From positions 1 through 14,245 of the forward strand of contig JBGSTX010000126.1 in NCBI GenBank assembly GCA_041736305.1: DNA of 14,245 bases, in the 5' to 3' direction. The position numbers and the translations under genes were made by a program. This document shows, piece after piece, positions 6,558 to 14,245 of this stretch (its first letter is position 1; each line of letters starts with the position of its first letter). The stretch comes from Oligoflexus sp. (GTDB lineage Bacteria > Bdellovibrionota_B > Oligoflexia > Oligoflexales > Oligoflexaceae). The notes under the pieces were generated by a model. The model did not search any database. It was not told where the DNA came from and saw nothing but the letters and a program-made list of their open reading frames with translations.

Positions 6558-7796
6558 TTAAACCAGAGACGGTTCTACCAAATTTAGCACTCGGTTCAAA
6601 ATTCTACGGCGGGCTGCGCGCACCTGCGACTGCTTATAGCGATCATGACTCGCGTCGCCCTGGGCGTTCTGCGATGCCGATTGCTCGTCCATGATTTGCA
6701 GTTCGAAGGGGAAAAAACCCTCAATTTCCTGCTCCTGCAATTCGCAGCGCGTCAGTCCCATGAACTCATTGCAAATCTTCTGGGCTTCAGGACCGAGCCC
6801 ACCGTCATTCATATGCCGCCGCAGTTTTTCCTGCCACCGCAGAACGGGATTGGGGTAACGGATCAGCTGGCGGCAGGTCAGCTGTACAGCCTTGTAGTTG
6901 CGGCCGCTGTGAGGATTGAGGGCACCTGTAGCGTGCGAGGCGATAGGCTTGGTCAGGCCCTGCAGGATGCTGGTAAATTCCTGAGGTTGGATCCGCCCAT
7001 TTTCCAGCATTTCCCGCAACATGTCGACGTTATGCTTGAAGCTCTCGACGTCGATAAGCGAGTTCCGGGCACGCGACGGGTTACAGTTGGCGAAGGTGAC
7101 CATGTGGAACACGCGCAAAAATTTCACCACTACCATCACATCAGAAATTCGCTTGGTTACGACCCGTATACCCAGCAAATCATATATCGTTTCCGCGACA
7201 TTGGCTTTTTTATGCAAAAGCTTGAGGATGATGGATTCGCGCGACTTGCGAAGCTTCCACTCGATCCTATCGAGCACTACGTTCGAACGGCGATCACCAA
7301 AACGTAGCTTGCCCTCTTGATCCCTAAAGATGAAGCGCAGAAATCGATTCATGATCTGCGTACGCGCAGCTTCTACATCGGCGAATTTGGCGACCCCATC
7401 GATATGGGCTATGGTATGCATGACCCGCAGCACGGCACAGGCCCATGCCTGAGAGAGAGCTACCTCGGGTCTGGTATCCGATGCGGCAAGCAGGATATCC
7501 CTCGCATCGTGGGCAAAAAGCAAGTGGGGCGGCGGCTGCTTACCCCGACTCCATTCGTAAGGCATCAGATATTGCTCGATAAAATTCCAGGCCTCGCAGA
7601 TGACGGCATGCATTTTCATGGCATCAGCGCTGAGATCTGGATCGAAACCATAGTAGCGAAGGAATTCCGTCGCATCCTGCCAATTACGGATTTTCAGTTC
7701 GTGCAGATCGATAGAAGACTTGCCCCCGATCATGACATCCATGAAACCCCAGTTAAAATCCCAGAGTTTTAGCAGCTCTTCGGCATTGGTATCCAC
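6558..7796 (-). CDS. TIGR04552-family-like protein with RelA/SpoT synthetase-like nucleotidyltransferase motifs
   Basis: About 410 aa with motifs RKSRESIILKLLHK, IYDLLGIRVV, NPHSGRNYKAVQ, FFPFELQI, SHDRYK. Start is GTG 7796 (after GAGAGG) or GTG 7808. Family recognised from memory of its motifs, not from a search. Confidence 0.8.
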   Translation of the reverse strand: MDTNAEELLKLWDFNWGFMDVMIGGKSSIDLHELKIRNWQDATEFLRYYGFDPDLSADAMKMHAVICEAWNFIEQYLMPYEWSRGKQPPPHLLFAHDARDILLAASDTRPEVALSQAWACAVLRVMHTIAHIDGVAKFADVEAARTQIMNRFLRFIFRDQEGKLRFGDRRSNVVLDRIEWKLRKSRESIILKLLHKKANVAETIYDLLGIRVVTKRISDVMVVVKFLRVFHMVTFANCNPSRARNSLIDVESFKHNVDMLREMLENGRIQPQEFTSILQGLTKPIASHATGALNPHSGRNYKAVQLTCRQLIRYPNPVLRWQEKLRRHMNDGGLGPEAQKICNEFMGLTRCELQEQEIEGFFPFELQIMDEQSASQNAQGDASHDRYKQSQVRAARRRILNRVLNLVEPSLV

Positions 7797-7821
7797 GCGA
7801 CCTCTCACAACTGCGACAACG

Positions 7822-7830
7822 TGCTATAAT
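7822..7830 (+). promoter_or_regulatory. Extended -10 promoter element (TGnTATAAT) for the TlpA-like gene
   Basis: TGCTATAAT is a perfect extended -10, about 37 nt upstream of the SD-supported GTG at 7868. No clear -35. Confidence 0.55.
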
Positions 7831-7867
7831 GAAATTGGGCAGACCTCTCAGCTCCGGAGATATCCCC

Positions 7868-8452
7868 GTGATCTTCAAGCTTATCATCATGACTATTATT
7901 GCCTTGGCCGTCAACGGACAGCACGCGCTGGCCGGTGGACCGGCGAAGAAAGAAAAGCCCGCAGCAAAGGATGCGCAAGCTAAGGCCGAAGCTTCGGCGG
8001 CTCCGAGCATTTCGCAGCATTATGTACACCAATGGGTGAGCTTCCCGGCCTTGCAGGGAAAGACTTTAGAGGGCGACAAGACGTTTATCTATACGCCTAA
8101 AAAAGGTCGGGTGATCGTCAGCGTCTTTCTCGCGTCCTGGTGTCTACCGTGCCAGGAATTGACTAAACCTTTACAAAAGTTGGAAGAAAAGTATAAACGA
8201 CGCTATACCGATTTTGTATATGTCTTCGCCCATGATACCGAGGCTGATGCCCGAGGGTTCGCTAAGGCTTATGCAATTGGCAAAAACGGCATCACGGCTT
8301 CAGCCCCTCTGCTAGAGGCTTTTCATCAGCCAGAGCTGCCGTCGATATATGTCGGTGATCGTTATGGATGGCTCGTCATGCGCAAGCTCAATGCTGAAGC
8401 AGGAGATATTCTTGCGCTCGACAAATTTCTTGAACTGCAGACGGCCTTTTAG
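7868..8452 (+). CDS. TlpA/ResA-like exported thioredoxin-fold thiol-disulfide oxidoreductase
   Basis: FLASWCLPCQE CxxC motif, cis-Pro-like ELPSIYVGDRYG, and signal peptide MIFKLIIMTIIALAVNGQHALA. GGAGA SD lies 7 nt before GTG 7868. The ORF-track ATG at 7829 overlaps the -10 box. Confidence 0.88.
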   Translation: MIFKLIIMTIIALAVNGQHALAGGPAKKEKPAAKDAQAKAEASAAPSISQHYVHQWVSFPALQGKTLEGDKTFIYTPKKGRVIVSVFLASWCLPCQELTKPLQKLEEKYKRRYTDFVYVFAHDTEADARGFAKAYAIGKNGITASAPLLEAFHQPELPSIYVGDRYGWLVMRKLNAEAGDILALDKFLELQTAF

Positions 8453-8814
8453 GGCCCCTTGCCGGTTTCAAGATTGGAAGTTGATTTGATCATTTCTGGA
8501 TGCCAGCGCAAACGGAGGTTGATCAGGTCGTATTCATGATCCTGCTTGCTACCACCCACGGCCAGTCCAGCGGGAATTTTACGTTCCCCGTCGATTGAAG
8601 CAGCATCGAAGTCGATGTTGGTCTTGGTACCTTTCGAGCGAGCTTCAGAGGAAAGAAACTTCTTACGGCCTGCCTTGTCGTCTTTCTTAGCTTTATTTTG
8701 AGCCAAGAGCGGCCGCTTGCCGGGAGCTGCCTCTGCGCGCGGAATCTCGACCATCAGGGCCAAGGCCGCAATGATATAGGTTCCTAGGAAGAAAGAGCTT
8801 TTTATGTTTACCAT
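8449..8814 (-). CDS. Exported CglF/GltF-like (adventurous gliding motility) small protein
   Basis: Signal peptide ending AEA, a Lys-rich linker, then KTNIDFDAASIDGERKIPAG...LINLRLRWHPEMIKSTSNL. This resembles the IDF-x4-IxG-x3-P...LI-x-x-R-x-x-x-x-PE pattern I recall for myxobacterial CglF. GGAGG lies 8 nt before ATG 8814. Confidence 0.68.
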   Translation of the reverse strand: MVNIKSSFFLGTYIIAALALMVEIPRAEAAPGKRPLLAQNKAKKDDKAGRKKFLSSEARSKGTKTNIDFDAASIDGERKIPAGLAVGGSKQDHEYDLINLRLRWHPEMIKSTSNLETGKGP

Positions 8815-8840
8815 GGTCATCCCCTCCAAATACTCCGGTC

Positions 8841-8868
8841 TTATCGGCAAAAAGTCCTAAAAACTTGA
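8841..8868 (-). promoter_or_regulatory. Sigma28 (FliA)-like promoter for the CglF-like gene
   Basis: Minus strand TCAAGTTT-N12-GCCGATAA. The -10 octamer is perfect, the spacer is 1 nt longer than the usual consensus, and it lies just upstream of the SD. Confidence 0.6.
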
Positions 8869-8885
8869 GTATTTATTCACCAGAT

Positions 8886-8934
8886 AGCCGATTGGGCTCG
8901 GCTCGATCTGAATTGGACTTTATAATATTGTCCA
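8886..8934 (+). promoter_or_regulatory. Putative promoter (-10 TATAAT) with palindromic sites, upstream of the TolB-like/ccm operon
   Basis: TATAAT at 8921-8926 is flanked by TGGAC-N11-GTCCA (8914-8934). The perfect inverted repeat AGCCGA-N6-TCGGCT (8886-8903) has its right arm at the -35 position. Confidence 0.4.
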
Positions 8935-9041
8935 TCCGATCCCTGAACTCCACAAGCCTCCGGACCAGGCAGGTCCTAGCCTATGCGTCCCTCCTTTGAT
9001 GGCCTATACTCAAATCATCGAGATACCAGCAGGAAGCCATT

Positions 9042-10079
9042 ATGCGCAGAGATTGTCAGATTAAAAAGAGTACCCGGCAAGCGATCAGGCTAGGTGCCTT
9101 CGCTATCTTGGCAGCAAGCTGCTTTTTATTCCCGGCGACCAGTCAAGCGGCTGCGATGCGGACGGCCCAGGCTGAAGCCGTACTTCGACTGGAAGGGCCG
9201 ATTGCGAATCCCAAATTGCAGGGACAAAATAAATATCTGGCCTTCACTGAAATCGATGGTCGTTCGTTGCGCATCCTCGACCTTTCCAATAATGAGGTCG
9301 TCGAGATCAGTTCTGATTTGATTGGCCCAGCTTACTTTTGGAGCCCCGACGGCGCCCGTCTCTTCTATCGTGCAATTTTCGGGAAGGACGGCAGTATCGT
9401 CAGCGAATTGCGAGCTTACGATGTCAAACTCAATAAAACCGTCGAGCTCGGCCACGTCGCAGGCCTCAGCGGATATCCGACTTTCGATCCACGGGCGATG
9501 AAAATCCTGATGATGCATGAGAAAGGTATTCATTCGCGCCAGCTCGAGTTCCCTGGCGAACGGCCTTCGGCCTGGCAGAAGACCAAAAAGCCCTACGACG
9601 GCAACTGGATAGCCACCCAGAAAGGTATGCTTTGGTTGAGCGACCGGGGTTTGAGTCTCAAAAAGCTCGTCGACGATGGCAGCGGCATCGAATCTTTTAC
9701 CGTGTCACCTGATGGCCAGATGGTAGCGTGGGCAACAAAAGCCGGAACTATCTTTACTGCAACGGCTCCGAAAGCCGAGGCCATTATGCTCGAAGCAGGG
9801 CGCGATCCTGCCTGGCACCCCGACCGTCCCCTGCTCGCTTACGTAGCTTCGAGACAGATCGGCAGCAAGGTCTACGACTACGACATCAAAATAAGTGATC
9901 TCAAATCACCAGCTCGCTTCGTTCGCACGACGCCGGACCTCGCTGAGCGCTGGCCGCTGTGGCTCGGAGCGGATACGCTTATTTTCACGGCTGATCGGAC
10001 GACAGATCTCTTTCGCATGCGCTTTGCACTACCCGAACCCATAGCCATTAAAGTGCAAGAACCAGGACGCCTACAATGA
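9042..10079 (+). CDS. TolB-like beta-propeller protein (PD40/WD40-like repeats), exported
   Basis: Signal peptide (RLGAFAILAASCFLFPATSQA). Repeat motifs FWSPDGARLFY, GYPTFDP, FTVSPDGQMVAW, DPAWHPDRPLLAY, RWPLW. Lacks the N-terminal alpha/beta domain of true TolB. Confidence 0.8.
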   Translation: MRRDCQIKKSTRQAIRLGAFAILAASCFLFPATSQAAAMRTAQAEAVLRLEGPIANPKLQGQNKYLAFTEIDGRSLRILDLSNNEVVEISSDLIGPAYFWSPDGARLFYRAIFGKDGSIVSELRAYDVKLNKTVELGHVAGLSGYPTFDPRAMKILMMHEKGIHSRQLEFPGERPSAWQKTKKPYDGNWIATQKGMLWLSDRGLSLKKLVDDGSGIESFTVSPDGQMVAWATKAGTIFTATAPKAEAIMLEAGRDPAWHPDRPLLAYVASRQIGSKVYDYDIKISDLKSPARFVRTTPDLAERWPLWLGADTLIFTADRTTDLFRMRFALPEPIAIKVQEPGRLQ

Positions 10080-11143
10080 GCCTGTCTGCCGCTATTCTAC
10101 TTGCTGCGGCGACTGGGTCTCGACCTGCACCGGCGCTGATTGAAGCTGACACGCCTTTGGCGGAACGTCTCCGCATCCTCGCGCCTTTCTTTGAGCCGCC
10201 TCCGGGCCAGGTTCTCAAGCTGAGCGAACGCAGCATCGCGTTGAGGCGTGGTGAAGATCAAATGCTGATCAAAGGCGAATTCTGGATTAAGCCTCCTCCA
10301 GGACAGTGCCTCGTCATTCGCAAAGATCTCAGCCAGCCTGATCGCAAGGTTTGCCGTGCGACTCCATGGAACTGGGAACTATTTGATCTCGACGCTGTTG
10401 GTCGCTACAGCTTTACCGTCATTGCCGGCCCAAACGATCAAGGTACTCCTCTCACCTGGACGACTCCTTATCGCTCTGCGAACTATATTCCTGTCGATGC
10501 TCCCAATAGCGACACGCACTACGATGTACCTTTAAAATCTTGCACCGCGTCCATTGAGAACGGCGATCGCAAGATCGTCCTCGAACTTTTCGATGGCCGA
10601 CGCTGGTTGATCTACCTTCCCGAATTCGATGACCCGGTCTGGAAAAAGCAGGAACCTCTGCCCAATCTCATCGTCCGAACCGACAGTAAAAAGGAACCTC
10701 CGGTAGCCACCTCGACTTCGACGCCGCCCCCAGCCCCGCCAGCCGTCGAGGCTAAGCCCGAGGCGGCCGCAGATACAGAAAAACCCGAGAATGCAGAGGG
10801 CGAAGGTCCTACCAAGCGGCGTTCCATCCTCAGCCAGCTCCTCTCGGGAGATTATAAAACCATCAAAGACGAATCCTACGCCTTCCGTGTTAGCAAGCGA
10901 AACGCTTACCAAATGTCGAGCTCCCACTTCATGGAAACAAGCGTACCGCAAGGTATGAATGGAGTCTGCCGATACAAGTTTTCAGGAGCACCCGGGGATC
11001 CCAGCAACGGCGTTATCGAATGTTACGACACGGATGCTTTTCAGTTTGTATATGCTTTAGTCAGCTGCTTTTCTGAGTTTGCTCCGCGTCTGGATCCCAA
11101 TCCACCGAAGAGGCCGGCAGAGGGTAAGGAGAAGATGAAATGA
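10076..11143 (+). CDS. Hypothetical protein, probably exported; two beta-rich regions joined by a Pro/Ala/Glu-rich linker
   Basis: 355-aa ORF coupled by ATGA overlaps at both ends. Short hydrophobic N-terminus, linker PPVATSTSTPPPAPPAVEAKPEAAADTEKPE, six Cys. Confidence 0.75.
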   Translation: MSLSAAILLAAATGSRPAPALIEADTPLAERLRILAPFFEPPPGQVLKLSERSIALRRGEDQMLIKGEFWIKPPPGQCLVIRKDLSQPDRKVCRATPWNWELFDLDAVGRYSFTVIAGPNDQGTPLTWTTPYRSANYIPVDAPNSDTHYDVPLKSCTASIENGDRKIVLELFDGRRWLIYLPEFDDPVWKKQEPLPNLIVRTDSKKEPPVATSTSTPPPAPPAVEAKPEAAADTEKPENAEGEGPTKRRSILSQLLSGDYKTIKDESYAFRVSKRNAYQMSSSHFMETSVPQGMNGVCRYKFSGAPGDPSNGVIECYDTDAFQFVYALVSCFSEFAPRLDPNPPKRPAEGKEKMK

Positions 11144-12300
11144 CAATCGAACGCAAACGAGATATGGGCTTCGTTACTGCTTTATTCATCTCGCTCTTTT
11201 CTTCTGAGCTCCTCGCACAGGACGGGCCGATAAATTTCAATTCCCGATCCACTTTTGACAAAGCTCCTTGGGTTTCAGCTCGTGCCGCGGCACTCAGCGA
11301 AGCTGTGAGCCCTTTCGCCAACGGCCAGGAGGCTCCTTATTATAATCCCGCAGCCATAGGCGGTCTGTTCGCCAAACCCAGCCAGGCAGCTATCTCCGAA
11401 CTCTATTTCCCTTATTTCGGCGCCGCGGCAGATGCCTCCTCCATTGCCTTCAGTCAAAAACTGCTAAAGGGGCAGAACCTCAGCGACCCTAATGTAGCTT
11501 CCGAGCTTATACGGGCTGCAGACGGCGAGAACCCTTATGCTCGCATATCTGTGGCGCCGAGCATTACCGTAAAGCGCATGTTCTTAGCCTATTCCTACGA
11601 TGTTCGTGCCGCCTCAAGTCTTCACGACTCAGAGAGCGACGACATCGACGTCGATTATCGCACTCAAAGCGGTCCGCTCTTGGGCTTTAGTCTGGCGTCC
11701 AGCAACCGCATGTTCTACCTGGGCGTCACCGCAGCCTACGTCGAGCGGAGCCAGGTGCAAGGCAGATTTCCCTTAGCGAATCTCTCAAGTGAATCCGTCG
11801 AAGGACTGCAAGCCAGCAAGTACGCGGGATCTCCTGTCCATATCGGAACGATCTGGCATATGCCCTTCCGTGGCAGACCGACCATGAGTCTGGTGATGAA
11901 AAACTTCCTCAACACGGACTATAAGTCCAAAGACCCTGAGTTGCTGCCCTACAAAGATATGCAGAACACAACGCTCGGCTTCGGACTTTCCCCTAACGTT
12001 GGCAGCTGGGGCATGCTCAATTGGGTCCTGGAAGCTGATCATCTCGGCGACAGCGATCCGAATTTTTCCAAGAAGTTTCGTACCGGAGCCGAAGTGACGA
12101 TGGGCGATGCTTTCGGCAGTCGAGCCGGACTTGCCTTCAGAGTCGGCTATCGCTACGCGGGCCCAAGTTTCGGGCTCGGCTTCAATCTCGGAATGCTGGG
12201 TCTTCAACTAGCCTCCACCGCAGAAGATATTGGTGTCGGCGGAGCCCGCGTGATAGAACGAAGAAGCGTCGTAAATTTTGCTATCAACATAGCGGACTGA
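11140..12300 (+). CDS. Outer-membrane beta-barrel protein, FadL/PorV/TraF-like
   Basis: Signal peptide ending ELLA|QD. SARAAALSEA...YYNPAAIG is the hatch-type motif of the FadL/PorV/TraF superfamily. Many amphipathic strands, e.g. FRTGAEVT, LAFRVGY, PSFGLGFNL. Confidence 0.72.
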   Translation: MTIERKRDMGFVTALFISLFSSELLAQDGPINFNSRSTFDKAPWVSARAAALSEAVSPFANGQEAPYYNPAAIGGLFAKPSQAAISELYFPYFGAAADASSIAFSQKLLKGQNLSDPNVASELIRAADGENPYARISVAPSITVKRMFLAYSYDVRAASSLHDSESDDIDVDYRTQSGPLLGFSLASSNRMFYLGVTAAYVERSQVQGRFPLANLSSESVEGLQASKYAGSPVHIGTIWHMPFRGRPTMSLVMKNFLNTDYKSKDPELLPYKDMQNTTLGFGLSPNVGSWGMLNWVLEADHLGDSDPNFSKKFRTGAEVTMGDAFGSRAGLAFRVGYRYAGPSFGLGFNLGMLGLQLASTAEDIGVGGARVIERRSVVNFAINIAD

Positions 12301-12303
12301 GCA

Positions 12304-12942
12304 GTGCTTGAAATCCAACAGCTCGATTTTCATTTTCAATATCGACGCATTCTGCGTCAGCTCTCCTTTCAGGTAGGTCCGGGCGAAATCCTGCATATCG
12401 TGGGCCCCAATGGCTGCGGCAAGACTACCTTGATGAGCATCCTGGCCGGACTTCGCAAAGAAAATGGTGGCACCATTTCCTACCGAGGACCCGATGGCAA
12501 GATCATCGACGACCGCCGCGAAGCGATCGAGTATCTGCCCGCCGAAGCAAACGCGCTGTTCGGAAAGATGGACGCGATGCATAATCTTGGTTTTTGGATG
12601 CAGCTCCGCGGTCACCATCCCGACAATCAGCTTATTATTAACGAGCTTACACGCTGGGAGCTCAATCATGCTCTCGTTCGTCAGAATTTTCCGGTCGAAC
12701 GTTTTTCGACCGGTATGAAACGTCGGCTGGCCCTGGCTCGCGTCAACCTCAGTCAGACCCCTTGCTGGTTGCTCGACGAACCTCTCTATGGTCTCGACAC
12801 CCGTGGTATCGCCACGTTTCAAGCTATGCTGAAGAAGCATCTTGATGCAGGGGGTCTGGCCTTGATCGTCAGTCACGATACGGCGCCGCTAGCTCCTTTC
12901 GGCCTTAAAACGCTCGATCTGGCTCAGGAGAAAACACGATGA
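12304..12942 (+). CDS. ccmA: Heme ABC exporter ATP-binding protein CcmA
   Basis: Walker A GPNGCGKTT, signature FSTGMKRRLALAR, CcmA-type WLLDEP, SHD switch, about 210 aa, directly upstream of ccmB and ccmC. Confidence 0.92.
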   Translation: MLEIQQLDFHFQYRRILRQLSFQVGPGEILHIVGPNGCGKTTLMSILAGLRKENGGTISYRGPDGKIIDDRREAIEYLPAEANALFGKMDAMHNLGFWMQLRGHHPDNQLIINELTRWELNHALVRQNFPVERFSTGMKRRLALARVNLSQTPCWLLDEPLYGLDTRGIATFQAMLKKHLDAGGLALIVSHDTAPLAPFGLKTLDLAQEKTR

Positions 12943-13634
12943 AGAAGCCTGTCTTGCAGCTCAAAGCGCTTCTGCGGCAGAGCATCCAGGTGGAATTAGC
13001 CAGTTCAGAACGCTGGCTCTCGCCTCTCCTCTTTGCAATGACTATCCTCATTCTCTTTGCTTTTGCCTTCGGTCGCGTTGTCCCGCAGTTTCTACCGCAG
13101 ATGTTTATTGCTGCCACCTTTCTCACAGCTTTCTTCTCGCTGCAGATTGCTTTCTCCCGGATTCTCGAGCCCGACATGCAGGACAAGGTTTTCGATCAGC
13201 TCCGCAGCTATCCTGTCTCCCCGTCTGCTTGGTTTTTGGGCAAGTACGTGCTGGTCCTGCTGCTCGGCGTCCTCATCCTGGCACCGACCTTAGTACTTTC
13301 TAATCTTTTCTTGAATGAGGGGCGCGAAAACCTCTTGAGCGGCTCGGTCTTCGTCATCGCGTTTCTGGCTCTCTTGGGACTAGGTGCAATCGGCGTTTTA
13401 CTTTCGACCATGATGTTGCGTTCAAACGCTAAGCAGATTCTCTATCCTCTGCTATACTTTCCTTTGACCACTCCTGTGCTGCTCTCCGCAGTTGAAGCGA
13501 CTCGTGCGCATATCGTCGATGGAACTTCGCTCGAGAAATTGATGAGCTCGTGGCTGGGACTGCTTGTAATTTTTGGTATAATGTATTTTACTCTCGGCTT
13601 GCTACTTTTCGGTGAACTGGTTAAGCCCGAGTGA
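12939..13634 (+). CDS. ccmB: Heme exporter permease CcmB
   Basis: About six TM segments, PLLFAM...FAFG, LYPLLYFPLTTPVLL motif, ATGA overlap with ccmA. Confidence 0.92.
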   Translation: MKKPVLQLKALLRQSIQVELASSERWLSPLLFAMTILILFAFAFGRVVPQFLPQMFIAATFLTAFFSLQIAFSRILEPDMQDKVFDQLRSYPVSPSAWFLGKYVLVLLLGVLILAPTLVLSNLFLNEGRENLLSGSVFVIAFLALLGLGAIGVLLSTMMLRSNAKQILYPLLYFPLTTPVLLSAVEATRAHIVDGTSLEKLMSSWLGLLVIFGIMYFTLGLLLFGELVKPE

Positions 13635-13667
13635 ACATTAGGTTTCATCTACTTGGTAGGGAGAATT

Positions 13668-14245
13668 ATGACCGCACAACCTAAGCAGGATCGCCTCAGC
13701 TTGCTCCTTGGAGCCGCGGCCTTCTTCATTCTGGGGATCGCCTGGGTCTGGGCCCTGCGCTTCGCTCCTTCCGAAGAACACATGGGTGAAGTCTATCGGA
13801 TCATTTATGTTCATGTTCCAGCAGCTTTTACTGCTTTTTTTTCGGCAGGCGTTATTCTGGTGCTGAGTTTCGTCACCCTCTTCCGTCGCGGCACAAGCGC
13901 TGCACTTTGGGCGAAGGCGGCGGCTGAAGTCGGATTAATTTTTACGATCATCACGCTCGCAACCGGTTCGATCTGGGGCCGTCCTACTTGGGGCGTCTGG
14001 TGGACCTGGGACGCTCGTCTGACGACGACTCTGGTCCTCGGTCTTCTGTATGCGGGTTACCTGATTTTCTACAGCAGCATGTCCCCGGGCCCACAGCGTG
14101 ATCGCATTTCTGCAGCGCTCGGTATCATCATTGCGCTCGACGTACCCGTGATTTATAAGAGCGTCACCTGGTGGCGCACTCTGCATCAGCCGCCCAGTCT
14201 CCTGCGCGAGGGCGGATCGACGATGGCCCCTGAGATGTTGAATCC
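13668..14245 (+). CDS. ccmC: Cytochrome c biogenesis heme exporter CcmC (3' truncated by window end)
   Basis: Manual translation from ATG 13668 (GGGAGA SD): MTAQPKQDRL...YRIIYVHVPAA...TGSIWGRPTWGVWWTWDARLTT...SVTWWRTLHQP. It has the WWD domain and both conserved His. Not in the ORF track. Confidence 0.97.
   Translation, partial: MTAQPKQDRLSLLLGAAAFFILGIAWVWALRFAPSEEHMGEVYRIIYVHVPAAFTAFFSAGVILVLSFVTLFRRGTSAALWAKAAAEVGLIFTIITLATGSIWGRPTWGVWWTWDARLTTTLVLGLLYAGYLIFYSSMSPGPQRDRISAALGIIIALDVPVIYKSVTWWRTLHQPPSLLREGGSTMAPEMLN

Noticed and set aside
6645-7772. Plus-strand ORFs 6645..7307, 7021..7320 and 7317..7772
   Set aside because: Antisense to the motif-rich TIGR04552-like gene, with no recognisable features.
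9042-10079. Calling this gene tolB of a Tol-Pal system
   Set aside because: It lacks the TolB N-terminal domain, and no tolQRA or pal genes are adjacent.
11140-12300. Conjugative element inferred from the TraF-like barrel
   Set aside because: No relaxase, T4SS or integrase genes. The barrel is embedded in a housekeeping ccm operon.
11785-14186. Minus-strand ORFs 11785..12207, 12208..12876, 12905..13186 and 13935..14186
   Set aside because: Antisense shadows of the barrel gene and ccmA/B/C.

Overview
Bacterial chromosomal window of moderate GC. Its gene content (TIGR04552-like protein, CglF-like protein, Cys-rich prepilin-like proteins) suggests a Bdellovibrionota/Oligoflexia-like or related delta-type organism; this is inference. 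In order: (-) 5' part of a TonB-dependent receptor, missed by the ORF track, with a promoter/operator/terminator cassette upstream; (-) a secreted Cys-rich protein with Kazal-like motifs; (-) a three-gene operon of paralogous Cys-rich type IV prepilin-like proteins, the last lacking Glu5 and fused to a vWA domain; (+) a CHASE2-TM-PP2C/SpoIIE sensor phosphatase; (-) a TIGR04552-like protein carrying a collinear set of RelA/SpoT synthetase-like motifs; (+) a TlpA-like thioredoxin; (-) an orphan CglF/GltF-like protein behind a sigma28-like promoter; (+) a tightly coupled operon of a TolB-like beta-propeller, an unknown exported protein, an outer-membrane beta-barrel and ccmA-ccmB-ccmC, with ccmC truncated by the window end. 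I saw no rRNA, tRNA, CRISPR array or mobile element. The best candidates for undescribed biology are the modular vWA-tipped minor-pilin trio, the alarmone-synthetase-like enzyme and the envelope genes coupled to cytochrome c maturation. All family calls come from motif recognition, not database searches.
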